A stretch of DNA of 64,000 bases from an uncultured delta proteobacterium (GTDB taxonomy: Bacteria > Desulfobacterota > Binatia > UBA9968), in the NCBI GenBank assembly GCA_963737905.1, contig CAVTUQ010000012.1, positions 140,303 to 204,302 of the forward strand, read 5' to 3'. The translations under genes were made by a program, and so were the position numbers. Positions 29,964 to 39,681 of the stretch are shown in pieces; position 1 is the stretch's first letter, and the number at the start of each line of letters is the position of its first letter. Below the pieces are notes generated by a model. That model was not told where the DNA came from, did no database searches, and was given only the letters and a program-made list of their open reading frames with translations.

Positions 29964-30224
29964 TTGAAGCGAGCTGATTTTCGTCAATTCTACCGTGACG
30001 CCCACGCTGTCGAATGTCTAACAAACCGCGAAAAGATGCTCATCGGCTTGACAGTGGCGATGATGCGACTCTGCGATCCATGAGTCGAACGGCGCCTTGC
30101 GGACGCAAGGAAAGCGGGGATGACGGAAGAAGAGCTGGACGCGGCGGTGGATGTGATTGCGGCCGTTGATGCGGGTGTTTTACAGTCGCTGAATCAGCGG
30201 ATCAAACAGCGGCAGAAATCATAG
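29964..30224 (+). CDS. AhpD/carboxymuconolactone-decarboxylase-family selenoprotein (86 aa, CxxU)
   Basis: AAGGAG RBS, TTG start; MKRADFRQFYRDAHAVECLTNREKMLIGLTVAMMRLCDP-TGA(30081)-VERRLADARKAGMTEEELDAAVDVIAAVDAG...; the CMD pattern spans the UGA. Confidence 0.82.
30084..30110 (+). promoter_or_regulatory. Putative bacterial SECIS element
   Basis: Stem CCTTGC/GCAAGG with GGAC loop; 17 nt separate the in-frame UGA from the loop, which starts with G. Confidence 0.72.
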
Positions 30225-30236
30225 GCAAGAGGTCGT

Positions 30237-31673
30237 ATGAAATTCGTACAGCTCCCATCCGGGCCGCTTTGGCTATCGCAATGTTTCTCGTTGCTTCTTC
30301 GCCCGGATGGACACAAACCCGGCCGATCGTCCTACAGGGCGGCATCCTGATAGACGGGACCGGCCGTCCTGCGGTTGAAGATGCGGTGATTGTCTTTCAA
30401 GACGGGCGTATTCGAGAAGTCGGCAAGCGCGGCGAGGTCACGATACCGCAGGGCGCCGAAATGATCGATGCCAAGGGCAAGACCATCTTGCCGGGGTTGA
30501 TCGATGGCCACTGCCATTACCGCGACTGGATGGGAGAAGTATACCTCGCCTATGGGGTTGTCACCTGCCCGAATATTTCCAACAATCCCGTTGACTGGAT
30601 CATCGCGCAGCGGGAAGGCGTGCGTAACGGCAGCATCCGCGGTCCGCGGGTGTGGGCTTCCGCCAATATCATCGATGGACCGCCGCCGGAGGGTACCGGC
30701 ACACTCAGGCGCCAGCGCACAAGTATTATCGTCGACAGCGAAGAAGAAGCACGAAAGGCTGTGCGAGGACTGGTCGAAAAGGGTGTGGACGGCATCAAAT
30801 TGTTCGAACGCCTCAAGCCGCAGGTTGCCAAAGCCGCGGTGGACGAAGCGCACAAGCTCGGGCGGCCAGTGTTCGGTCACTCGCTGGATATTTTTACCGC
30901 GGCGGCGAACGGCTATCAGTCGGTCGAGCATTCGTGGTCGGTGGTCTACACGTCGATCCAAGATCCAAAGAAGAAACACGATCTCGACATCGGGCGTATG
31001 CTCGGCAAAGTCGATACGGCGGACGTGCACGCGCAGATGGAGCCAGCGATGTTCGACAAGATCATCAAAGTTATGGTGGAAAAAAACGTTCATTGGAGTC
31101 CCACCTGGGCTACGTGGTTCCGACCGCTATCGAGCCATGCCGCCGATATGAAGCAGCGCGAGCTGGCATTGCTGAGAAACCCGCAACTGAAATATTTGCC
31201 GGCCTACATTCTCAAAGACACGGAAAGCTTCTTTGCGAAGTACGAGAAGATGGCGCCCGAGAAGCGCAACGCGGTTATATCCGGTTACAAGATGCTGCAG
31301 GATTTCGTGCGCCGGTTCGCTGCGGCGGGAGGTAAAATTCACTCTGGCTCCGATCCCAACCACGTTGTGCCCGGCTATGCCGTCCATGCCGAGCTGGAAA
31401 TGCTCGTCGAAGCGGGCCTAACGCCGCTACAGGCCATCCAAACTGCCAGCCTCAACGTCGCGCAGGCGTGGGGAAAAGACAAGGACTATCGGCAGCGTCG
31501 AAAAAGGCAAGATCGCGGATCTGGTGATCGTCCGCGGGGATCCGCGCCAAAATATTTCGGACACGCAAAACGTCGAGAAGGTGTTTATCGAAGGAACGGC
31601 CATGGACATCTCGTATCATCCGGACTACAAAAATCCGATCCCACGCCCGATAGAAGATCGGCCGGGACAATAG
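30237..31673 (+). CDS. Amidohydrolase family protein (frameshifts near 30260 and 31490)
   Basis: LPGLIDGHCH, GIKLF, FGH, VEH, GSD; shifted tail GSVEKGKIADLVIVRGDP...YKNPIPRP ends at TAG 31673. Confidence 0.85.
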
Positions 31674-31704
31674 GGGTCGATTTCCCGCATTTGGGTACGC
31701 GGAA

Positions 31705-32841
31705 ATGAACATCCAGATTTCTAAGAGGCCGTCATTCCCAAATGCTTTTATCGGGAATCCAGGCGAAACTCTGACCGGACCACCGATAAATACTTTCGAG
31801 GGTGACGATCCTCGGATAGGTTCTCTCAAATATTTTTTGATAGTCTCCTTGTTTCTCTGGATGATCCCGGGACTGGCACAGGCTGCTGAAGTTCAAACCC
31901 TGACCGTTGTCTCCTATCCCGCTCGCCCTGCAAAACTGCCACTCTGGCTTGCGCAAGAGGCCGGGTTGTTCGAGAAAAATGGGCTCAGAGTTACGATCAA
32001 AGAGCTCAACTCCAGTGAAGCACTGGTTGCGTCCATCGAAAAACGCGAGGGCCAGATTTACGCCGCGACGGCGAACTGGCTGGTGTCCGGCATTGGTGAC
32101 GGATTTGACCTCGTCTTTATCGCCAACACGGGCTACAGCGTTCTCAAGCTTGTGGCTCGACCGGATATTCGTCACCCGCAAGAGCTGAAAGGAAAAAAAG
32201 TCGGTACCGGCGAGCCCAACAGCAGCCAGGACCGGATCACCCGCCAGGCGTTGCAAAGGCTCGGATTGAATCCTGACCGAGATGTCAATCTGGTACCGTT
32301 TGGGAGCCGGAGCATTCAGCGTTTAAACGCCCTCTTGAAAGGTGAGATCGACGCTACGACCAGTAATGAAGACAACCTCTTCAATTTAGAGAGAAGAGGT
32401 GAGATCGGCAAAGTCCGTGTTCTCGCCGACAATGAAAGCTTGAAGCTCTTTATCGGCGCGGGCGTGGATTTCGCCGTTTCACGCGCACTGCTTGTCAACG
32501 CTCGCTTTGCCGTAAAGGAATTTGTTAAATCGCTTTGCGAAGCGATCGCGCTGGCACGGGATGATCGTTCGTGGGCCGACCAAATCTATGGGCGCTACCT
32601 GAACGTCAAAGACCCGGCATTGCTGGATTTCATGTACCGGACTTACGTGGAAGGAGCGATCCCGCAGCGTCCGTTTCCCAAAGCAGAGAACGTCGCGTTG
32701 GGAATCGAAGAGTTCGCAGGGAAACCTGGACTTAGGAACAAGAAGGCGGAAGATCTCGTGGATAGTAGTATCGTTGAGCAGCTGGAAAGCGAAGGCCTGT
32801 TCCAGCGCCTTTACCGAAAGCCGCGGGAACATACCGAATAA
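31705..32841 (+). CDS. ABC transporter substrate-binding protein (NMT1/SsuA-like) with a palindromic element in its N-terminus
   Basis: LWLAQEAGLFEKNGL, ELKGKKVG; signal peptide KYFLIVSLFLWMIPGLAQA displaced by about 40 aa. Confidence 0.85.
   Translation: MNIQISKRPSFPNAFIGNPGETLTGPPINTFEGDDPRIGSLKYFLIVSLFLWMIPGLAQAAEVQTLTVVSYPARPAKLPLWLAQEAGLFEKNGLRVTIKELNSSEALVASIEKREGQIYAATANWLVSGIGDGFDLVFIANTGYSVLKLVARPDIRHPQELKGKKVGTGEPNSSQDRITRQALQRLGLNPDRDVNLVPFGSRSIQRLNALLKGEIDATTSNEDNLFNLERRGEIGKVRVLADNESLKLFIGAGVDFAVSRALLVNARFAVKEFVKSLCEAIALARDDRSWADQIYGRYLNVKDPALLDFMYRTYVEGAIPQRPFPKAENVALGIEEFAGKPGLRNKKAEDLVDSSIVEQLESEGLFQRLYRKPREHTE
31731..31806. repeat. REP-like GTCATTCCC...GGGAATCC...GGTGAC palindromic element
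   Basis: gtcattcccaaatgcttttatcgg pairs imperfectly with ccgataaatactttcgagggtgac. Confidence 0.75.
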
Positions 32842-32903
32842 AGTTGACACTGAGAACGCTTTCTTAGTACGCTCGCGGCGATTCGTTGTCACAAGGAGGA
32901 AGC

Positions 32904-33818
32904 ATGAAAACAAAGCTGATGCCGTTTCTTGCGTTCGCGCTTTCCTTGCTATTTGTCCGGGTACTCTCGGCTCAGGATCTCGGCCCGCAGATCAAACAAA
33001 TCAAAGAAGGTATCTACGTCTATGTGGGTAAAGAGTTCAATTCCAATTGTGGCATTATCCTGACTCAGGACGGTGTCGTGCTCATCGATAGCGGGCATAA
33101 TCCTACCGATTCACGGGCGATCTTGGCTGCCGTGAAAAAACTCACGCCATTGCCGGTGCGTTTTTTGATCGACACCGAACCCCATCCTGATCACACGACA
33201 GGTCATTTTGTCTTTTCACCTCCCGCCACCATAATCGCTCACGAAGGCGCCACCGAGTCTATGAAAGGTCGCGAACGTGAGAACCCGGAGCGCATCAAAA
33301 AAATGATGACCGTCTCGCCGGAGATGCGAGCTGCGCTTGAAGGTTATCGATTCGTCCCGCCGCAAATCGAATATCGTCAAAAGATGACACTCAACGTGGG
33401 GGAAAGAACTTTCGAGCTGATGTACTTAAAAGGCGTGCATAGCGAGGCGGATACGGCTGTCTGGCTACCTAAAGAACGGGTGCTCTTCTCGGCATCTGCC
33501 GCCGTCGTCAATCAGTACAACATTCTTCGCCCCTTCGTTACCATCCCGGATATTTTGGCGGCGATGAAAATGATGAAGGGTCTCAATCCGGAGTTCGTCA
33601 TTCCCGGACATGGAACGCCCGGCACGGTCAAGATATTCGAGGATTCTGAGCGGTATTACGCTCTGCTGGTGGAACGTGTCGGCAAGATGGCGCGCGAAGG
33701 CAAGTCGCTCGACGAGATAAAAAAGGAGCTTCGCATGCCTGAATATGACGGTTGGGCCAGTAAGGATAGAATACCTTCCAATATCGATGCCGCATACAAA
33801 GTAGTGAAGGGGAACTAA
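32904..33818 (+). CDS. Metallo-beta-lactamase-fold hydrolase (cyclase-like)
   Basis: TEPHPDHTTG, HSEAD, IPGHG; AAGGAGG RBS; signal peptide. Confidence 0.88.
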   Translation: MKTKLMPFLAFALSLLFVRVLSAQDLGPQIKQIKEGIYVYVGKEFNSNCGIILTQDGVVLIDSGHNPTDSRAILAAVKKLTPLPVRFLIDTEPHPDHTTGHFVFSPPATIIAHEGATESMKGRERENPERIKKMMTVSPEMRAALEGYRFVPPQIEYRQKMTLNVGERTFELMYLKGVHSEADTAVWLPKERVLFSASAAVVNQYNILRPFVTIPDILAAMKMMKGLNPEFVIPGHGTPGTVKIFEDSERYYALLVERVGKMAREGKSLDEIKKELRMPEYDGWASKDRIPSNIDAAYKVVKGN

Positions 33819-33863
33819 CGCAAGGCCAAACTCGTCAGCGACCCAGGGCTCGGTGAATCTGTT

Positions 33864-34070
33864 TTAGAAAACTCCTTCCGGACTGCCTTCATACATGACA
33901 CCGCTACAGATGATTCGCTTACCATATAAGTCAGTAACGTCGAGATGCCACTTTGCCGGAAACATGCGCCAAGCCATCAACTTCTCAGATATTACGCGGT
34001 CGTAGTTCTCAACGTAGGCGCGCATTATCGGATATAGTGGCGTGTGCTGCGCGTCTGTTTCAAGTCCCAT
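33864..34070 (-). CDS. Hypothetical protein or gene remnant (68 aa)
   Basis: ORF only; no recognised motif. Confidence 0.3.
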   Translation of the reverse strand: MGLETDAQHTPLYPIMRAYVENYDRVISEKLMAWRMFPAKWHLDVTDLYGKRIICSGVMYEGSPEGVF

Positions 34071-34120
34071 AGCACTAAGACTCTCAATACAGAGTGAGGA
34101 ACGTTCGAAGACTATTTAGC

Positions 34121-34294
34121 TCACTGCATGATTCGCTGATACGTTGCCCGTTCCTCCGAAATCCTCTGCATAAACTCTTCTCGGATAATCAGCCGGTTCT
34201 AAATCAGGAGCGTCGCCAGTGCGTCGGTCTGCGCGAAGAAGCTAGAGACAAGAAGTTCTTCCAACGTGACAGGTCTTTTATCTGATTCTGCCAT
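34121..34294 (-). pseudogene. Small helical protein with an internal TAG
   Basis: GAGG RBS; MAESDKRPVTLEELLVSSFFAQTDALATLLI*NRLIIREEFMQRISEERATYQRIMQ. Confidence 0.6.
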
Positions 34295-34303
34295 TCTGCT
34301 TCC

Positions 34304-34475
34304 TCATTTGATTACTCGATTCGCCCGCATCATCACCATCGGGGAATCGTCAGGCCAAGACTTTGGCGGTCTTTAGATTGATCATCAGCTCGAACTTGGT
34401 GGGCTGCTCGACGGGAATGTCGGCGGGCTTGGTGCCCTTTAAGATTTTGTGCACATAGGTGGCAGCAGGACGCCG
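34304..34475 (-). pseudogene. 3'-end remnant of an ABC substrate-binding gene homologous to 35858-36838
   Basis: [52 protein letters not shown] with two frameshifts, versus [54 protein letters not shown]. Confidence 0.9.
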
Positions 34476-34546
34476 TTTGAGGTGTCAACCGAATGTCGCC
34501 CAATGTCAAGACAAACACGGGTTAAGGGACTTATTTGTAGATGATT

Positions 34547-34708
34547 ATGACCCGCCAAGAGATGGAAGAACGGCTAGATGAACTCAGCCGCAAATGTGAC
34601 GGACTCGGCCGCAAATATATAGAAACCCGCGACGACAGGAAAATCGTAGAAGAGCTTTACGAATTGGTGTGGGAGCTACAGAAGCTAAAAAACGAATTAT
34701 TAAACTAG
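34547..34708 (+). CDS. Microprotein, 53 aa (paralog 1)
   Basis: MTRQEMEERLDELSRKCDGLGRKYIETRDDRKIVEELYELVWELQKLKNELLN; homologous to the next ORF. Confidence 0.65.
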   Translation: MTRQEMEERLDELSRKCDGLGRKYIETRDDRKIVEELYELVWELQKLKNELLN

Positions 34709-34746
34709 AACCCCTGGCCCCTTGCGCAATCCAAGTGACAGTGACC

Positions 34747-34875
34747 ATGACCCGCGAAGAGATACACAGACGACTGGACGAGTTAGCCCGCAAGTATGTC
34801 GAGACACACGACAAAGAAATCGTACCAGAGCTTTACCGATTAGCCCGCGAGCTTGAGAAGATCCAGAAGGAATGA
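34747..34875 (+). CDS. Microprotein, 42 aa (paralog 2)
   Basis: MTREEIHRRLDELARKYVETHDKEIVPELYRLARELEKIQKE. Confidence 0.7.
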   Translation: MTREEIHRRLDELARKYVETHDKEIVPELYRLARELEKIQKE

Positions 34876-35260
34876 AGATCAAGTCAGCGGTGACCACGTT
34901 GTCGGCTCGAGCCGGATTGCTGACCGAAGGATGATTCCTGCGGGATACCGACTGGCGGATCTGCTGATTCGGGTACCCAAACTTTGATTGAAGGAGAAGT
35001 CTGGCCAATTGCGCCTAATTTTCAATTTGACCGATATCTCTACCATCTCTCAGCGTATTTGGTGATTTGATCCCAGGTCACCCGGTATGGCTTTTTGTCC
35101 CTGTAGGGCGACCAGCGCATACCCCCAAACGCTTACGATTACTTTCCGAAAGGTGTGTCTTGCCCCACTTGTCCCAGATCTGCATGTTGATTCCAACGCG
35201 AACGTCACAGCTTTCACCCGGTGGAAAATTTCTCACGGTATCGCGACTATCTGTCCTGAG

Positions 35261-35443
35261 TTAAAAAGTGGTTTCTTGGGATCCTCTATTAAAAGTTTGT
35301 TCCATCACTTTGACTAACGCCAAATTTTCTTTTGCCCCGCACCGTTCGCACCTATCTCTCTCTCCTTCACTCTGCATATTGAATCCGGTGAGAGCTAGGC
35401 CATGTAGAATCCAAGCGCAGTAATTGCATAGTTTCTTAGTCAT
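35261..35443 (-). CDS. Small CxxC...CxxC putative zinc-binding protein (60 aa)
   Basis: CNYC...CERC; purine-rich RBS GAAGGGGGAAG upstream. Confidence 0.55.
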   Translation of the reverse strand: MTKKLCNYCAWILHGLALTGFNMQSEGERDRCERCGAKENLALVKVMEQTFNRGSQETTF

Positions 35444-35857
35444 AGGTTCTTCCCCCTTCCTTCTCGATTATCTTCACTAGGTTGTTCCTCTCAGTGGAGA
35501 TGGAGAAGAGCAAGTGCGAGGCCGCTCCAAATAATGCTCAGAAGTGCGCAGATTGGCGGAGGCTCGGTGAAAAGTCTCAAGACGGCGAGCGCCGCGATGC
35601 CTCAGCTCTATGGGTAAGAGATAACAACGGGCGAATTAGCCCAGGTGACGGCGACACTAGGTCACGCGGATTTTAGAAAGTCCCCTTATGAAGATGATTT
35701 ATAGAAAGTTATCAAAAGCAGCGTCACTACCTGTCTTGGGGGAGTTTTCTGAACCGCTAGCGCATACATCGGCTCGACAAAGCGAACCTTGGCCGAAAGG
35801 AGGGAATTGACGTCCTTTGGTTTCACAAGGAGCGGCGTCAGTGATGCGTTCAGCGTC

Positions 35858-36838
35858 TTACTTAATCAACTTATCCGCCCGGTAAAGCACGGACGGTGGA
35901 ATTGTCAGACCGATTTGCTTCGCGGTGTTCAAGTTGATCACCAGCTCGAACTTCATCGGCTGCTCCACGGGAAGGTCGGCTGGTTTGGTGCCCTTCAAGA
36001 TCTTGTCGACATATCGAGCAGCGTCTCGCCCTTCGGCAACGTAACTGGGTCCGTAGGACATCAGGCAACCGTTGTCCACATAATCTCCCCGAGCGCACAT
36101 CGCCGGCAGCCGATTTTTTATCGCGAGGTCCGCGATCGGTTTTTGATTAGAATTGGACACCGGGTTTAGCGTCACAGCGAGAGCGCCACTGCGCGCTTTA
36201 ACTGCCTCTTTGAAAGCGCCCTCGTATTCGCCGACGCTGCTCGCCTTCATAGAATAGAGTTGCAAACCTAGTTCTGTCGCCACGAGTTCGGTTTCTTTCC
36301 ATTGTGGTACGGAGCCTGGAGACTGTGGATCCCACAGCACCGCAACACGGGAGAGTTTTGGAATAGTTTCCTTGAGCAATTCGAGTCGTTTGCCAGACAA
36401 CACCGGCGCAATGTTGGTGAACCCCGTGAGGTTTCCCCCGGGACGTGCCAGGCTGTTAACCAGCTCAGCCGCCACAGGGTCAGACACGCCAATAAAAATA
36501 ATGGGGATCGTCCTTGTCGCGGCCTTGGCAGCTTGAACAGCATTCGTCGTGACCCCGACAAGGACCTCAACCTTGAGATCGACCAGCTCGGCCGCGAAGC
36601 TAGGGAGCCGATCGAACTTCCCTTCCGCATGTCGGTACTCAATGGCAATGTTCTGCCCCTCAACATGGCCGAGATCGCGTAGCCCTTGCCGGAATGCGTC
36701 AAACCGAGGCAGTTCTGCCGAAGAAGTGTTGGACGTTAGATACCCTATCCGATGAACTTTCTTCGCCTGTTGGGCCTCAGCGAAGGTGCCTATGGCGAGA
36801 AGATGAAGCGCGATTACCCACAAAAATTTCTTTTTCAT
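35858..36838 (-). CDS. ABC transporter substrate-binding protein (ABC_sub_bind/tyrosine-binding-like family)
   Basis: HRIGYL, SLARPGGNLTG, KRLELLKE, LMSYGP, KPADLPVEQP. Confidence 0.92.
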   Translation of the reverse strand: MKKKFLWVIALHLLAIGTFAEAQQAKKVHRIGYLTSNTSSAELPRFDAFRQGLRDLGHVEGQNIAIEYRHAEGKFDRLPSFAAELVDLKVEVLVGVTTNAVQAAKAATRTIPIIFIGVSDPVAAELVNSLARPGGNLTGFTNIAPVLSGKRLELLKETIPKLSRVAVLWDPQSPGSVPQWKETELVATELGLQLYSMKASSVGEYEGAFKEAVKARSGALAVTLNPVSNSNQKPIADLAIKNRLPAMCARGDYVDNGCLMSYGPSYVAEGRDAARYVDKILKGTKPADLPVEQPMKFELVINLNTAKQIGLTIPPSVLYRADKLIK

Positions 36839-37011
36839 GCCCTTTATGTATGTCGCAATGGATATGCCACAAAAATAAGCCTATGAAATCGCAGTCTGGC
36901 GGAAGGCGAAGCAAGGGAGCGTCTCATTATGGATACTTCTAATGTATGAAATTTGATTCACTCACTGCGGAAATGCTTAGGCGGTTTAACGAGCGTTGAA
37001 ACACCGTGCAC

Positions 37012-37161
37012 TTACGTTACCAACGTTCTGTGCCGAACCAACACCCACGCAAGTCGGTACCCACATTTCAGGCACCGTCTATTTATCGCCTGCACAGGCG
37101 CCTTGGTCTTCCGCTTTCCGTCAGGGCACTCCACAACGAGATTAACGATCGAGTACCTCAC
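37012..37161 (-). CDS. Possible small Cys-containing protein or remnant (49 aa)
   Basis: VRYSIVNLVVECPDGKRKTKAPVQAINRRCLKCGYRLAWVLV...; start uncertain. Confidence 0.35.
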   Translation of the reverse strand: MRYSIVNLVVECPDGKRKTKAPVQAINRRCLKCGYRLAWVLVRHRTLVT

Positions 37162-37342
37162 AGAGACAGATCAACAAGCACGCCCTCCGTTACCGTTGGA
37201 TTTGCGTCCATCGTGCGGATCCGGCCATTAGGACAAAAGGAAATATGTGAACAGCAGCGAAAGAAAATAACGTGCACAGTACATGCACAAAGACACTGCC
37301 GTTGACTTGGGTGCGGATTCTAAGCTATTGATTTCACTCTAT

Positions 37343-37419
37343 GGTCGCATAGCTCAGCTGGTTAGAGCGCTCGCCTCACATGCGAGAGGTCGTAGGTTCG
37401 AGTCCTACTGCGACCACCA
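37343..37419 (+). tRNA. tRNA-Val(CAC)
   Basis: Full cloverleaf: GGTCGCA/TGCGACC acceptor stem, GCTC/GAGC D stem, CTCGC-CTCACAT-GCGAG anticodon arm, GTAGG-TTCGAGT-CCTAC T arm, encoded CCA. Confidence 0.98.
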
Positions 37420-37631
37420 TAAAAATCAACCACTCTGTTGTTATAGAAATTTCGGGGCCGTACTAAAACTACTGATACCTTGTAAGAGATTGACGCATAA
37501 GGAACCGCGCTCAGGCCTGAAGCGGATGGAAGAAGCTATTGGCCGGTCAGACAATCAAAACGTAGATTTTTAGGGCATGGACTGAAGTAGTGGTGACAAC
37601 AAAAACGCCGCTTGTAATGCTGCTGGCCTCC

Positions 37632-39110
37632 TTACTGAGAGCCAGTGTTATGCTCATCACGTTTCTCATCATCTTGTGTCACAAAGCCGTAGAAGCCTGA
37701 CCCTGCAGGGCTGCCGATGATTATGTTGGTAGGCCCGCCGGCGTTGGAAATCTTACTAAACGCATCGAAGTGAACCCCCTCGATAACATTATCCGTGTCG
37801 GTTGAGTTGGTTTGAATATCGAAGTTCCGATTCGTGGTGAGCTCAACCCCGAAGAAATGATTCCCAATGTTGGACTGCCCGCTAAACCACAAGCCGTTGT
37901 CGTTACCCGAGCCAGCGGTGTTTTGCATGGCAACGAGGTTTGTAAAGTCGTTATGTTGAGTCCTAAGTGTGATGGCAATTCCAGTTGAAGCGGAGTTAAG
38001 GCCGACTAGGTTTTCAAAGTTGGACTCAAGAAGGCCGTGAAACTTGATCCCGCGGCCATTGGCCCCCGTGCTGACTATGCGATCCCCGCTCGAATAGCTG
38101 CACGCTATCCATTGCGGGCCAAACCCGGTGGCGTTGATCGACTGGATTCCCTCGAAATGGGAATGTGTTTCAAAGGCTATATGAAAATCCGATTCGTTGG
38201 CACTTCCGCACTTCCTTAGCTTGATGTCCTCGTAGTGATTCTGATATCCCCTGAATGACCGGAGGCCCGATTCAGGACAGTTCAGAATCTCTAAGTGCTC
38301 GAATCGCCCATTGCGCACATCGTTAATCACAACTCCCCGGCGCACAGCCCCGGTGGCGGTCCCCATGTCGATTGTCAAGTCCGCTAAGCCCGGCGCATAG
38401 AGCGGCGTCCATTCGTTGATGTTATGCGTATCGTTCGTGTTGATTGTAATCGGTGCTGGTACCTCAAGCGTCACGTTTAGGGATGCAATGCGCGTTACTT
38501 CGGCAATTAGGGCGTTGGTGGCGCTTTGGCCTGGGGGGACCGTAACCGTTGCGTCAAGGTAGAGAAGTTCGCCGACCGCAAGACCCGACACGCTTGTCAG
38601 CCCCGCAACCTTACTGCCCCTGGTAAAATTCCTAGTCAGCGCCCCAAGCGCGGGGCCTAAGCCGGCACCCTGGAACGTGATGGCGTTAAACGGCGATATC
38701 GCCCCGCTGCCCTTGAGAATCGTTACGCCTATGCCCGCGCCTCTTAGCGATACCTTTTGCTGATCGACAACTAGGCCAGCTGTGATTCGATATGTGCCCC
38801 GAGGAAAATACACTACACCACCACCGGCTGCCTCAACGGCGTCAATCGCCGCCTGTATTTCAGCCGTGTCGTCGGCCACACCATCGCCCGCCGCGCCATA
38901 ATCCAATACACTAAACGCTCCGAGGAAATCACCATGCGTGTGGTCGGACCTTGACGCCTCGTTTGAAAGGGCCGGCGCTCTTGCTGATTTGACCCGCTGC
39001 GGCGTGTCGTTACTCAGTGAGTCGGCACGGGTCTCATGATGCCCGCTTAAGAGTCTGAGAATCAGTGAGCAGAGGAAGATGGTATAGCAACGGTTACGAT
39101 TAGAACGCAT
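37632..39110 (-). CDS. Secreted right-handed beta-helix protein (pectate lyase 3/tailspike-like)
   Basis: SVLDYGAAGDGVADDTAEIQAAIDA...GGGVVYFPRGTY, followed by beta-helix repeats. Confidence 0.85.
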   Translation of the reverse strand: MRSNRNRCYTIFLCSLILRLLSGHHETRADSLSNDTPQRVKSARAPALSNEASRSDHTHGDFLGAFSVLDYGAAGDGVADDTAEIQAAIDAVEAAGGGVVYFPRGTYRITAGLVVDQQKVSLRGAGIGVTILKGSGAISPFNAITFQGAGLGPALGALTRNFTRGSKVAGLTSVSGLAVGELLYLDATVTVPPGQSATNALIAEVTRIASLNVTLEVPAPITINTNDTHNINEWTPLYAPGLADLTIDMGTATGAVRRGVVINDVRNGRFEHLEILNCPESGLRSFRGYQNHYEDIKLRKCGSANESDFHIAFETHSHFEGIQSINATGFGPQWIACSYSSGDRIVSTGANGRGIKFHGLLESNFENLVGLNSASTGIAITLRTQHNDFTNLVAMQNTAGSGNDNGLWFSGQSNIGNHFFGVELTTNRNFDIQTNSTDTDNVIEGVHFDAFSKISNAGGPTNIIIGSPAGSGFYGFVTQDDEKRDEHNTGSQ

Positions 39111-39568
39111 GTTTCCTTTCTCGCTGCGGTGACTTCGAAGACCTATTGTTGCGGTCGAGCCGATGATAGAAGCAATTCATAGTCCAGATTCTCGGTTGTG
39201 CGGATGCAACGGCTTTAAGAGGTGACCAAGTTACAGTCGAGAATGAGCCGTTAGAGAATTTTTTTTGGTGGTCACATGAAGCCTGGGTGGCATCCCAAAA
39301 CGTTTGTCGTAGCAGACACGAACGTTGGAGGTTGCCTACACTTAAGACAGTATTTAGTGCTATCTCCAGGGACCATGACCGTCTTGGAAGCCCTCGCGAT
39401 CTCAAAATCCGCTCCGGGCAGGCGTTTGAGAATTTTCTACTGTGCCGTCTTTTGTCCGTGTGAAGCTGGCGAAACGTTGCAAAACTCGGCAAGGACTCAA
39501 CTGCACTGCTTATCGTTTGCTTAGGATTTTCTAGGAAGGCTTGTCTAAACTTAGCGATAGGTTGTAGA

Positions 39569-39612
39569 CTCACATGCGAGAGGTCGTAGTTCGAGTCCTA
39601 CTGCGACCACCA
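39569..39612 (+). repeat. att-like copy of the tRNA-Val 3' half
   Basis: ctcacatgcgagaggtcgtag-ttcgagtcctactgcgaccacca, identical to 37375-37419 apart from one missing G. Confidence 0.95.
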
Positions 39613-39681
39613 AATAAATCCATCTTCACGTCCCCGTTCCATGGTTCACACTGCGAATCATGCCTAAGGAGATATTGAAAG

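Noticed and set aside
39569-39612. Second functional tRNA
   Set aside because: Lacks the 5' acceptor strand and D arm; it is an att-like half copy.
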